Shown here in pieces: positions 19,884 to 29,071 of a DNA stretch of 64,000 bases; the stretch's first letter is position 1; every line of letters begins with the position of its first letter. Source of the stretch: an uncultured delta proteobacterium (lineage in GTDB: Bacteria; Myxococcota_A; Polyangia; Polyangiales; Polyangiaceae); the NCBI GenBank assembly GCA_963850305.1, contig CAWKKR010000008.1, positions 1,888,001 through 1,952,000 on the forward strand. The letters run 5' to 3'. The notes under the pieces are model-generated. The model was given only the letters and a program-made list of their open reading frames with translations, made no database searches and was not told where the DNA came from. The translations under genes and the position numbers were made by a program.

Positions 19884-20273
19884 CTACGGAACGTTGGACG
19901 TCGGAGAGTCGTCGCTCGCGTCGCGGATGGCATCGCCGCCGGTCCCGCCGTGTCCGGCCGTGCCGCCGCCACCTGCGGTGGCGCCACCTGAATTCCCCGC
20001 TCCGCCGCCTGCGCCGCCGACGCCGCTGGTGTCGCCGCCGCTCGCTCCAGTGCCGCTGGTCGCGTTACCGCCGGTGTCCGCTCCGCCGCCCGCGCCGACA
20101 TTCGAAGCGCCCGCTCCACTGTCCTTCCCGAGACCCGTGCTGCCGTTACCGAAGTCGGTCTCCTGCCCGCCGCACGCCAGGTACGACGTTCCGGTGAACA
20201 CCAAGAGACCGAGGACCACGACGTTCCTGACGTCACGTCGCGTCGCGCGGCTGCGATCCGGAGAAGTCCGCAT
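19884..20273 (-). CDS. Small Gly/Thr/Ser-rich putative lipoprotein
   Basis: Basic N-terminus, hydrophobic stretch and SYLAC lipobox-like motif, then almost pure GG/GT/GS low-complexity sequence ending DASDDSPTSNVP. Confidence 0.55.
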   Translation of the reverse strand: MRTSPDRSRATRRDVRNVVVLGLLVFTGTSYLACGGQETDFGNGSTGLGKDSGAGASNVGAGGGADTGGNATSGTGASGGDTSGVGGAGGGAGNSGGATAGGGGTAGHGGTGGDAIRDASDDSPTSNVP

Positions 20274-20479
20274 CTAGCCGACAGGGTGACGTACAGGGAG
20301 GATTGCTGTCAAGCGTACGGCGCATCCATTTTCTAGTGCCTCCTGCCTCGCTCCTTCCCCTCGCGTGGCTGCCGGATGGCATTCAGGGTCGAAGGTTTTG
20401 ATTCCCCCGGGGATTTCGCCCGAGTCGTCGGGGTTCCGGGTGGGCACCGATTTCGGGGACGGGTCCGCTATCGACCTCT

Positions 20480-23335
20480 TTGGTTCCGGGTGATACGACC
20501 CTCGGCATTCGAGAGCTCGGCGAAAGCGATCGGAAAGAGAACGAGCTTCCCGTGCCGTTCGCCGTGTTCGCCTCCCTGACGGCGCTCGTCTTCGCGCCTC
20601 TGGTCGTGGCCGCGTTCGAGGAATGCTGGTCGGGCGCCGCTCGCCGCTTTCCGACGTCGGACCTTGCGGTGCTCGAAGTCGGGGTCCGCCACGCCGGACA
20701 GCAGCTGGTCGGTCCTTACTCGCAGTTCGAGTTTCGGCACCCCGGGCCGCTTCTGTTCTGGGTCCTCTGGCCCGCGTACCGGCTAGGGGGGCAGAGCACC
20801 GTTGCGCTCCATATCGGCGCTCTCTTCATCAACGCCGCGGCCCTCGGCGGAGTGCTGCTTGCGTGCTTTCGTCTGTCGCGGACTCGGCTCGGCCGCGCGG
20901 CGAACCTCGCCGCGATCACAGTCTTCGTTCACTACCTCGGAGGATTCATCTCGTCTGCCGTCGACAGCTCGCGCCCGTCGGCGTTCGTGGACATCTGGAA
21001 CCCGATTGTCACGATTCTTCCGTTCGCGGCCTTCTGCGCCGCGTGCGCGCTCTTGATTTCCGGGCGGCCCCGCGCCGCCGTGTTCGTCGTTGCTCTGCAC
21101 GCATTCGTTTGCCAATCCCACGTGGGGTTCGCTCCGGTCGCCACGGCGATGCTGGTGTTCTCGATCGTGGCGGCGCTCCGTTCGTCGGTCGAGGGGCGAC
21201 GAACCTGGGTCATGCTGCCGGTGGTAGTGTTCGGTCTTTGCTGGGCTCCGACCCTCCTCGATGCGTTCTTCGGTTCGAGAAACGCCTCCGCGCTCGCGCA
21301 ATTTTTCCTCTCGACGCGGCCTCGCCCCGCGCCCGGTGTCGCGCTCATTCACGCCGCGCAGCAGCTCGAGGCTCCTCTCACGTACGCCGTCGGCCGGCTC
21401 GATCCGGCGGAGCCGATGAACGGAACCCTCCTCCCGCTCATTCTGTTGGCGGTCGAAGTAGCGGGTCTCGTGGCGTGTGCGGTCCGACGCAAGGCACGTT
21501 CCCCGTTGAACCTGCTCTCCGTGCTGACCCTCGTTGCCATCGCATTCGCGATCTTCTCGGCGAACCAGGTCGACGCTACTTTGCGCCTCTACCCCACGGC
21601 GTGGTTCGGCGTCGTCGGGATGCTGGGATGGATGGCGGCCTTCGGCGGGATCGGCGTCGCGGCGGACGGCTCTTCCGGGCGCGGCGCTTGGCTTCGCCGT
21701 CGATTGTCGCGCCCGGCCGAAGCCCTCTGCGCGCTCGTCGTGCTGGGGATATCCGTCGGTGAAAGCTTTCGGATTCACCACGCCTATCGAGCCTTTCGAG
21801 CTGACGTCAGCGACGACTCTCGAGCCGTACCCGTCCTCGCTCGTGCCTTTCAGCGCAGTGCGCGACTCGCTCCGAGGCCGATCTTGCTGACCGTCGAAGA
21901 TCGTGAGGATTGGGAACTCCTGGCCGGCGTGGTTCTCGCGCTCGAGCGGCGGGGCGTTCCGTTTCGTCTCGACGACGAATGGCGGTTCATGTTCGGCGCG
22001 GGACCGCACTACGGGCGTCCGGACGCGGATTCACTGCGCGTGTCGACGGTCCCCGTTGCCGATCGGGTGGCGCTGGCGACGCGCGGCCGGGAGGGCCTCT
22101 ATGCGCAGACCGGGGCCGGCAGAAGAGTGGGGGCACCGAGCACCGCGCTCTGGGTACTGGAAGACCACGGGACGGAGCACGATACGACCCACATCGTCTC
22201 TGGTGAGCCGGTTCCTGAGGGAGCGCCGTGGGACGACCCCGGGGCCGTGATCTTCGCTGATACGCACGCCTGGGTTCTCCTCGGCTCCGCTGGCGCGCTC
22301 GTCGAAGGGGTCGATGTGCTCGCCGATGCGAACGACGACTACGCCGTGGACGCCTCGACGGATGGGGCAACCTTTCGCGAGATCGCGCGCGCGCGCGCAA
22401 CGGAAGGCACAGGGCTGCGCTGGAGGCACGTCTCGCTTGCAGAGCCGACCGCGCCGCCGCTTCTCCGTATCCGGCCCGTGTCCGGAGACGGCAGCTATTC
22501 CGTCGGAGCCGTCGCACTGAAAGCAAAACAATGGGGCGTCGCGATCCTCGACCGAGCTCGGGCTGGCGGGCATCCCGATGCAGCGGCAGATGGTCGCATT
22601 CCGCGCGCTGACGCGGCGACATCCAGCGACGACGCGGCGCTGTTGCCCGCGGCCGGCTCGAGCCTCACGGCGCTCCTTCCCGTGTACCCGATGGAAACCG
22701 TCGACTTCGTGTTGCGTGGCCCTGCCCGGTACGAAGTGGAGGGAGCCGTCGATTGCGTCGCTTTTTCGGACGCACAGCCTCTCGACTGCGAGGCGCCGAT
22801 CACGACGCAGGTCGTCCAGTTGACGGATCACGAAGCATGGCGCTGCCTGCGCGTGTCCCCCCTCCCACCCTTCGGCAACCATGCCGTCGTGGAGATCATT
22901 CCTCACCCCGTCCGGAACGCGGTGGTCCTGGATCTGGGTACGCCATCGGCGAGGGTCCACCTGACGGAGGGGTGGTCCGGCGACGAGTACGATGGGTGGG
23001 ACAGCTGGGTTTGGGCCGTCGGCCGTCACGCAGCCGTCGAAGTGACGCTGGCGCCCGCAACCGCGTACCAACTTTCGTTCGATGCGGCGCCGCACGTGGC
23101 AAAAGGGCGTCTGCAGCGATTGACGGCCCGCCTGAACGGAGTGCTCCTCGGCTCCATCGAGCTCTCCGCGGGAGCCAACGCCGTCACCTTCGAGGTACCA
23201 CGCGGGGTGGCGACTTCGGCGAGCCGACTCGAGTTCGATTTCAGCGACGCATGCTCTCCACTCGAACTCGGAGAAAGCGAAGACCCTCGGCCGCTCGCCG
23301 TTCGCTTCGACCGCATCGCGTTCATCCGGCGCTAG
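20480..23335 (+). CDS. Large GT-C-like membrane protein with two discoidin/F5-8-like modules and a C-terminal beta-sandwich domain
   Basis: SD-containing loop after TM1, GPYSQFEFRHPGP, WNP, CQSH and many TMs. Extracytoplasmic ADANDDYAVDASTDG...RIRPVSGDGSYSV; C-terminal LDLGTP...GWSGDEYD...WVWAVGR. Start uncertain (20480 or ~20552). Confidence 0.6.
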   Translation: MVPGDTTLGIRELGESDRKENELPVPFAVFASLTALVFAPLVVAAFEECWSGAARRFPTSDLAVLEVGVRHAGQQLVGPYSQFEFRHPGPLLFWVLWPAYRLGGQSTVALHIGALFINAAALGGVLLACFRLSRTRLGRAANLAAITVFVHYLGGFISSAVDSSRPSAFVDIWNPIVTILPFAAFCAACALLISGRPRAAVFVVALHAFVCQSHVGFAPVATAMLVFSIVAALRSSVEGRRTWVMLPVVVFGLCWAPTLLDAFFGSRNASALAQFFLSTRPRPAPGVALIHAAQQLEAPLTYAVGRLDPAEPMNGTLLPLILLAVEVAGLVACAVRRKARSPLNLLSVLTLVAIAFAIFSANQVDATLRLYPTAWFGVVGMLGWMAAFGGIGVAADGSSGRGAWLRRRLSRPAEALCALVVLGISVGESFRIHHAYRAFRADVSDDSRAVPVLARAFQRSARLAPRPILLTVEDREDWELLAGVVLALERRGVPFRLDDEWRFMFGAGPHYGRPDADSLRVSTVPVADRVALATRGREGLYAQTGAGRRVGAPSTALWVLEDHGTEHDTTHIVSGEPVPEGAPWDDPGAVIFADTHAWVLLGSAGALVEGVDVLADANDDYAVDASTDGATFREIARARATEGTGLRWRHVSLAEPTAPPLLRIRPVSGDGSYSVGAVALKAKQWGVAILDRARAGGHPDAAADGRIPRADAATSSDDAALLPAAGSSLTALLPVYPMETVDFVLRGPARYEVEGAVDCVAFSDAQPLDCEAPITTQVVQLTDHEAWRCLRVSPLPPFGNHAVVEIIPHPVRNAVVLDLGTPSARVHLTEGWSGDEYDGWDSWVWAVGRHAAVEVTLAPATAYQLSFDAAPHVAKGRLQRLTARLNGVLLGSIELSAGANAVTFEVPRGVATSASRLEFDFSDACSPLELGESEDPRPLAVRFDRIAFIRR

Positions 23336-23362
23336 AAGACGCGGCCCGAACCCGACTCGGAG

Positions 23363-24457
23363 TCAGAACGTGCCGTCGACGCCCGCGGACCCGAGCCCGA
23401 CCCAGGGGTGGACCGTCGCTCCACTCGATGCCGTTCGTTCGCTCTTCTTGCCGCTCATGACGAAGAGCACCACGCCCGTTGCCACGCCGACGCCGCCGAC
23501 GGCGAGGCTGACGATACCGAGCGTCTTGGCGCTGTTGGCACTGCTATCCAGCGACTGGATCTCCGCCTGGCTCGCCGGGCATCCCTGCGGCTGCCCGCAG
23601 TGGTTCGCGTCGAATTCGTCGTTCGCCTTGCTCGTCTTGCTTGCAGAGTTCAGCAAGAACACGGTGCCGAGGCCGAGACCGACCGCGCCGACTCCGAAGG
23701 CGACGTACGAACCAATTCTCATGCCGTTCGAGCCCTGGCCGCCCTCGTCCTCCGGTGCGGTCGCCGTCGCGGGCGGCGGCGCGGGAGTCGTTGCGACGGG
23801 GGCCCGGACCACTGGCGCCGCAGTTGCGGGTTGAGGAGCCGGTGTACTCGCAACGAACGGAGCCAGCTTGATGACGACCGTATCGTGGTCTTTCTCTTTT
23901 ACTTCGACGGTGGCGGTACCGGAGAGTCCCGTTGCCGTCGCGACGAACGTGTGGGTCCCTGGATCGACGGGCCGAGGGACCCCCACCAGCTCATCCGAAA
24001 TGCGTCTGCCGTCCTCCGTGACGGTCACCTGAACGGCCCCGCCACCCACGACGTTGACCGTCACGTATGGCAGCCGGGCCTCCAGTGCGCCGAGTTCCGC
24101 TTCCGCCGTTTGCTGGGCTTCGCGGAACGCGAGCGGTGCCGTCGGCGTCAACGGTGTGCGCGCCGCCTTTTCCAGGTTCTCGTGCGCTTGCACGAGCAGT
24201 CCGAGCTGCTCCTGTGCCTGGGAGAGATAAAGTAGATGGGTGGGCGCGTTGATGAGGTGCTGCGCGCGGCTGAACAAATCCACCGCATCGCTCCACCTGT
24301 GTTCACGAAGTGCGGTCATTCCCTCCGTTGCCGCTGCGCGCGCTCCTGCGCGCTCCTCGTCCGTCTGTGCCGAGGCTTGCTGCGCAACTAGGCTCAACGC
24401 CACCATCAGAGCGCCCGCCTTCGTGCGCGAAGAATCGCGGGAAATCCGAATATTCAT
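23363..24457 (-). CDS. Myxobacterial TPR/PEGA-like secreted or membrane protein
   Basis: Signal peptide, TPR-like helices (WSDAVDLFSRA...APTHLLYLS), PEGA-like VDPGTHTFVAT, Pro-rich linker, two Gly-rich hydrophobic segments, C-terminal GVDGTF. Confidence 0.7.
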   Translation of the reverse strand: MNIRISRDSSRTKAGALMVALSLVAQQASAQTDEERAGARAAATEGMTALREHRWSDAVDLFSRAQHLINAPTHLLYLSQAQEQLGLLVQAHENLEKAARTPLTPTAPLAFREAQQTAEAELGALEARLPYVTVNVVGGGAVQVTVTEDGRRISDELVGVPRPVDPGTHTFVATATGLSGTATVEVKEKDHDTVVIKLAPFVASTPAPQPATAAPVVRAPVATTPAPPPATATAPEDEGGQGSNGMRIGSYVAFGVGAVGLGLGTVFLLNSASKTSKANDEFDANHCGQPQGCPASQAEIQSLDSSANSAKTLGIVSLAVGGVGVATGVVLFVMSGKKSERTASSGATVHPWVGLGSAGVDGTF

Positions 24458-24526
24458 CGCACCCACGAAGTTATCACTTCGGCGCCGACGAAAACAAGGA
24501 TTTCCCCGCTCATACACGGCAGGGGT

Positions 24527-24718
24527 TCAGAAGAGCGTGTAGATGAATGGTGCCACTGCGCTCCCGCCCAGCGCGACGAGCGCGGCGAGGAGGAGCAGTG
24601 TGATCAAGATCGGCGTCAGCCACCACTTCTTCTCACGCCGTAGAAAATCGAAAAATTCACGCAGGAAGCTTCTCCTGCGCGATGCGGCTCGGGACAAAAA
24701 CTCCTTCGGTTCCGGCAT
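24527..24718 (-). CDS. Small membrane protein, SxtK/DUF5989-like
   Basis: FLREFFDFLRREKKWWLTPI...GGSAVAPFIYTLF is the characteristic pattern; it follows the SxtJ-like gene. Confidence 0.8.
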   Translation of the reverse strand: MPEPKEFLSRAASRRRSFLREFFDFLRREKKWWLTPILITLLLLAALVALGGSAVAPFIYTLF

Positions 24719-24721
24719 GGG

Positions 24722-25159
24722 TCAGAAGAGCTTGAAGTAGTCCTCGTCAGGGCGGGGTGGCTGCGCGGCAAGCCAGTACGTGTGTTCCGAATCGTCCAGG
24801 CTCCGCGTGAGCGGGTCTCCCCCGATGAGTCGCCGCGCCCATCCCATCGGGGTGACGATCAGGAAGAACGCGATCGCAAGCACCAGGGTCGAGACAAGCC
24901 ATCGAACCGGTAGGCCGGCGACGGAAAGCGCAATGTACAAGATCCAGTTTCCGCGAGGAAACATCCAGGCCAGAAACGCGGAGCCGACGCCGACGGCGAC
25001 GAGCACGATCTCGACGGCATTCGGCGCCTGCGACGCTCGGCGGAGGCTCGACAAGCCTCCCATGTGTGCCGCGCCACCCAGAAGAAGAAAGATGACCGCG
25101 GCAGTCCAGCCGAACCGGCGGAGTTTCGCGGAGTCGGGATGCCAGTCAATCGCCGTCAA
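24722..25159 (-). CDS. SxtJ-family membrane protein
   Basis: LRRFG at the N-terminus, TM segments, FFLIVTPMG...GGDPL...YW; directly downstream of the carbamoyltransferase. Confidence 0.75.
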   Translation of the reverse strand: MTAIDWHPDSAKLRRFGWTAAVIFLLLGGAAHMGGLSSLRRASQAPNAVEIVLVAVGVGSAFLAWMFPRGNWILYIALSVAGLPVRWLVSTLVLAIAFFLIVTPMGWARRLIGGDPLTRSLDDSEHTYWLAAQPPRPDEDYFKLF

Positions 25160-26940
25160 TCGCCCGCCTTTGCTCCATTTTTGGCTGGCTGAGCGGACTT
25201 CATCAACATGAATCGCCCGATCACCAGAGCATCCAGGTCCGTCGCCATGAAACAGCGATACGCGTCGAGGGGGCTCTCGACAATGGGCTCTCCGCGCACG
25301 TTGAAGCTCGTATTCACGAGGACGGGCGTGCCCGTGAGCGACTGGAACCGCTGCAGGATACCGTAGAGTCGCGGGGACCGCCGCTGGTCGACCGTCTGCA
25401 CACGAGCGGTGCCGTCGACGTGGGTCACGGCGGGGATCGAGACCCGCTTTTCATCCCGTACGCGCGCCACCAGGAGCATGTACGGACTTTCGACCCCCTC
25501 CGGCAGATCGAAGTAATCCCGAGCGCATTCGGCGAGCACGGCGGGGGCAAAGGGACGGAAGGACTCGCGGTGCTTGATCTTCCGATTCAGGATGGACTGC
25601 ATCTGCGCGGGCCGTGGATCCGCCAGGATCGATCGCGAACCGAGCGCCCGGGGGCCGAACTCCATCCTGCCGTGGAAGTGACCGACGACCTTGCCTTGCG
25701 CGAGGAGCTCGGCCGTTCTTCCGATCGCGGTCTCCTCGTCGCCTGCGGCGTCGTAGACCGCGCCTGTCCCGTCGAGTGCGGCTCGCACGGCTTCATCGTC
25801 ATAGCTCGGTCCGAGGAGCGAGCCTTGCTGGGCGTCCCCCTGACCCGAAACTCGCGGTACTCCGATGAGCTGGTGCAACACGAACAGCGCCGCGCCGAGC
25901 GCTCCACCTGCGTCACCCGCTGCAGGTTGGATCCACAGATTGTCGAAGCCGGCACCTCGCAGGATCGCAGTGTTCGCCACGCAGTTGAGCGCGACCCCTC
26001 CCGCGAGACAGAGCGTTCGCTTTCCCGTCAAGGCGCGAGCGTGCCGCGCGATGCGGAGGACGATCTTCTCTGTCACGGATTGAATGGACGCCGCGAGATC
26101 CATCTCGCGCTCGGTGATGGGCGACTCCGGCCGGCGAGGGGGTCCACCGAACAGGCGCGCAAAACGACCATTCGTCATCGTCGTGCCGCGGTGGAACGCG
26201 AAGTAAGAGAGGTCCAGGCGGAATGAGCCGTCCTCCTTCAGATCGACGAGCTCGCGCAAGATCGCATCCTCGTACCGAGGTCGTCCGTAAGGCGCGAGCC
26301 CCATGAGCTTGTATTCACCTTCGTTGATCTCGAATCCCGCAAAGTAAGTGAACGCCGAGTAGAGAAGACCGAGCGAGTGAGGGAAGCGGAGTTCCTGCAG
26401 AAGCTCGACGCGGCTTCCCTCGCCGCTGGCAACGCTGCACGTCGTCCACTCGCCCACGCCGTCGAGCGTCACGATCGCGGCGCTCTCGAACGGAGAGGGG
26501 AAAAATGCGCTCGCAGCGTGCGCTTCGTGGTGAAGCGTGAATACGTAGCGTCTCGAACGGCCGCCGCCGAGTTTCGCGTCGATGATGCGAGGGATGAATG
26601 CCTTCTGTCCGAGCCATGTCCGGACGGCCTTTTGAAAAAGGTCGAACCCCAGCGGTGCCGTCGCGAGATGCGTTTCGAGGATGCGGTCCACCTTGAGAAA
26701 TGGCTTCTCGTAGAAGGCGACGACGTCGAGGTCGGAGGCTGCAAGGCCTCCGGCCTCGAGGCAATACTTCACGGCGCGGTCTGGAAACCCCGGGTCGTGC
26801 TTCTTTCGCGAAAAGCGCTCCTCCTCCGCCGCGGCAACGATGACTCCGCCGCGTACCAGGCAGGCGGCGCTGTCGTGGTAAAATGCGGAGAGCCCGAGGA
26901 TGCTCGGGTCTGCGATTGAAGTGCGGAGCAGATCGCTCAC
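25156..26940 (-). CDS. O-carbamoyltransferase (NodU/CmcH/TobZ/SxtI family)
   Basis: YHDSAACL, EEERFSRKKH, HHEAHAASAF, DGVGE, GEYKLMGLAPYG, AGGVALNCVAN, QPAAGDAG, GRMEFGPRALGSRS, RESFRPFAP, HVDGTARVQTV, NTSFNVRGEPIV. Confidence 0.95.
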   Translation of the reverse strand: MSDLLRTSIADPSILGLSAFYHDSAACLVRGGVIVAAAEEERFSRKKHDPGFPDRAVKYCLEAGGLAASDLDVVAFYEKPFLKVDRILETHLATAPLGFDLFQKAVRTWLGQKAFIPRIIDAKLGGGRSRRYVFTLHHEAHAASAFFPSPFESAAIVTLDGVGEWTTCSVASGEGSRVELLQELRFPHSLGLLYSAFTYFAGFEINEGEYKLMGLAPYGRPRYEDAILRELVDLKEDGSFRLDLSYFAFHRGTTMTNGRFARLFGGPPRRPESPITEREMDLAASIQSVTEKIVLRIARHARALTGKRTLCLAGGVALNCVANTAILRGAGFDNLWIQPAAGDAGGALGAALFVLHQLIGVPRVSGQGDAQQGSLLGPSYDDEAVRAALDGTGAVYDAAGDEETAIGRTAELLAQGKVVGHFHGRMEFGPRALGSRSILADPRPAQMQSILNRKIKHRESFRPFAPAVLAECARDYFDLPEGVESPYMLLVARVRDEKRVSIPAVTHVDGTARVQTVDQRRSPRLYGILQRFQSLTGTPVLVNTSFNVRGEPIVESPLDAYRCFMATDLDALVIGRFMLMKSAQPAKNGAKAGD

Positions 26941-26962
26941 GACCGGAGTATGGACGGAAATC

Positions 26963-28835
26963 GTGCGCGCTTCAGACTTAGCCGACGCTCCACGCCCTTC
27001 GCGGGTCCCCAGCTTCGCTCTCGGGGTGCTCCTTGCCGGCGCTCTCGGGACGTACGGCCTCTACGCGGCCCGCCAGGCCGGCGGCTGCGACACCTGGGCG
27101 TACCTCTCCGACTCCTTCATTCTGCGCGGCAAAGACGTCGGGCTCGACGGTAGCTTGGATCCGGCAAGGTTCCCGGCGCTCGTCCCTCTTTGTTACGAGC
27201 TGATCCATCACGGGGTCGTTTCACTCATGCCGCCGGGCTTCCCGGTGCTCCTGGCTCTCGGTGGGCTGCTTCACGCCGAGTTCTGGGTGAGTCCCCTCCT
27301 CGGTGCGCTGAGCATCGGGTTTCTGTACGAGACCGTCAGGAGACGAGCCGGCCCGTGGATTGCGCTTTCGTTCGCCGCAATCTGGGCGACCCTGCCCATC
27401 GTCGTGTGGGGCAGCACGCAATTGATGAGCGACATGGCTGCGGCGACCTTCGGTCTGGTCGCGTTCGTTCTCGCCGACGGCGCGCGGGAACGCGCTGCTG
27501 GTGCGATGCTTGGATTTTCGTTCGGTATTCGACCTACCAACGTGCTGCTCTTGCCCGCTCTGCTCACATGCGCTTGGCGGGCCGGCGGCCTCCGGCGGTT
27601 TTGCTTCGGTTTCGGGTTCGCCCTCTTTGCCTGGTCGGCCTTCGCCATCGGACGGTATGGCGGCCTATTTCCGAGGGGCTACGCTGGCAACGTCCACGAG
27701 TTTTCGACTCAGCACGTTTTTCACCAGCTCGCGTTCTTCGGCAAGACGACGCTCTCCATGGCTTGGCCGATCGTCCTCCTGGCCCTCGTGGAGGCCTATC
27801 GGCGCCCGCGACGGAGTGCGGTGCTCCTCCTTTGGAGTCTACCCTTCGTTGGGCTCTACTCGCTGTGGAAGTATCCGTTCCAGGCTTGGTGGTGGTCTCG
27901 CTACTTGCTGCCAGCGTATCCCGCGCTCTTCATCCTGGGGGCCGGGGGCGTCGTCGAATTATCGTTGCTCGTCCGGCGCGCGGGCCTCGCCGTCACTCCG
28001 ATGCGGGCGCTCGGGGTGCTCGCGACGCTGCTGATCTGCGGTCGCGGCACGACGTTCGATCAAAGCCAGGGCCTCCTTAAACGCGGTTTCGAAAAGGGCT
28101 ATGCGGACGATTCGAGGCGGATCGCCGAGATCGTACCGTCGAACAGCCTGATCGGTGCCTTCAACTTCACTGGGCCGCTCCGCATGTACGCGCGTCTCGA
28201 GTCGTTCAAATACGACGACCCCGACGCCCTCGAGCTCGTAGACTGGGCGACGCGGGAAAATCGCCCCGTCTATGCCGTGATCGAACCCACGGAGCTCGAC
28301 ACCAACCCGCGCGTTCTCGAACTTCGCGCCCGATTCGATTTGGAGGACGTCGCGCCACTCACGAACTGGTCCGGCCTCATGCTGAAGCGCATCGTTCCGC
28401 CACGACGTGCTGGCCGTCTCGATCTCGAGCTCGGTACGCCCGCCGCGCGTCGCTTCCTGGGAAGCGGTTGGTCCGGAGACGAGTTCGACGCGCGAGAGCG
28501 CTGGGTCTGGGCCGTTGGACGCCGTTCGACTCTCACGGTGCCTCTCGAGGCCGGACGGGAGATTCTGATGACGCTCCGTCTCGCCTCGTTCGCGGCGCCC
28601 GGACGGCAGCAAGAAGTGGAGGTCGCGGTCAATGGGGCCCCGGTCGGGTCGAATCGAGCTTTCTCCCGAGCTGGAATCCCGCGTGGTTCAGTTGCCGAGC
28701 CGCGTCGTCCGGGCGCAAAATCTGATTGAATTCCGGTACGCATACGCGGTTTCGCCCAAGGATCTCGGCGAGTCCGGAGACGAGCGACAGCTCGCCGTCC
28801 TCATCGAACGGATATCGTTCCAAGACATCCGATAG
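26963..28835 (+). CDS. GT-C-like membrane protein with C-terminal beta-sandwich domain (apparent +1 frameshift at ~28647)
   Basis: GGCDTWAY, PPGFP, LMSD, IRPTN, RYLLP and many TMs. The C-terminal LELGTP...GWSGDEFD...WVWAVGR continues in the frame of ORF 28632-28835 (RIELSPE...SPKDLGESGDERQLAV), matching the end of 20480-23335. Start uncertain. Confidence 0.6.
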
Positions 28836-29071
28836 CCGGGCTCCGGAGCACCTCGGACCCGAGGATGTCTCCGCGCCGTTGCCGGCAAATCGGATCGCTC
28901 GGCGAACGAGACCGGGCTGAAACTGTTGGGAAACGTCGGTCGCTACATCGTTCCTTCCGTGGCGTGACCGTTCGCAACTTGTCCGAACGGAAGGATCGAC
29001 TCGACGTGCGAGACGGCCGAAAGCCCCGTCATCGCCCACTACCTACGACCACTTTTTCGAAGGAGCGCGAC

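Noticed and set aside
24527..26940. Saxitoxin biosynthesis cluster
   Set aside because: Only sxtI/J/K-like genes are present; no sxtA, sxtG or other core genes.
28955..28980. sigma54 promoter upstream of urtA (TGGCGTGACCGTTCGC)
   Set aside because: GG-to-GC spacing is 11 nt rather than the required 10.
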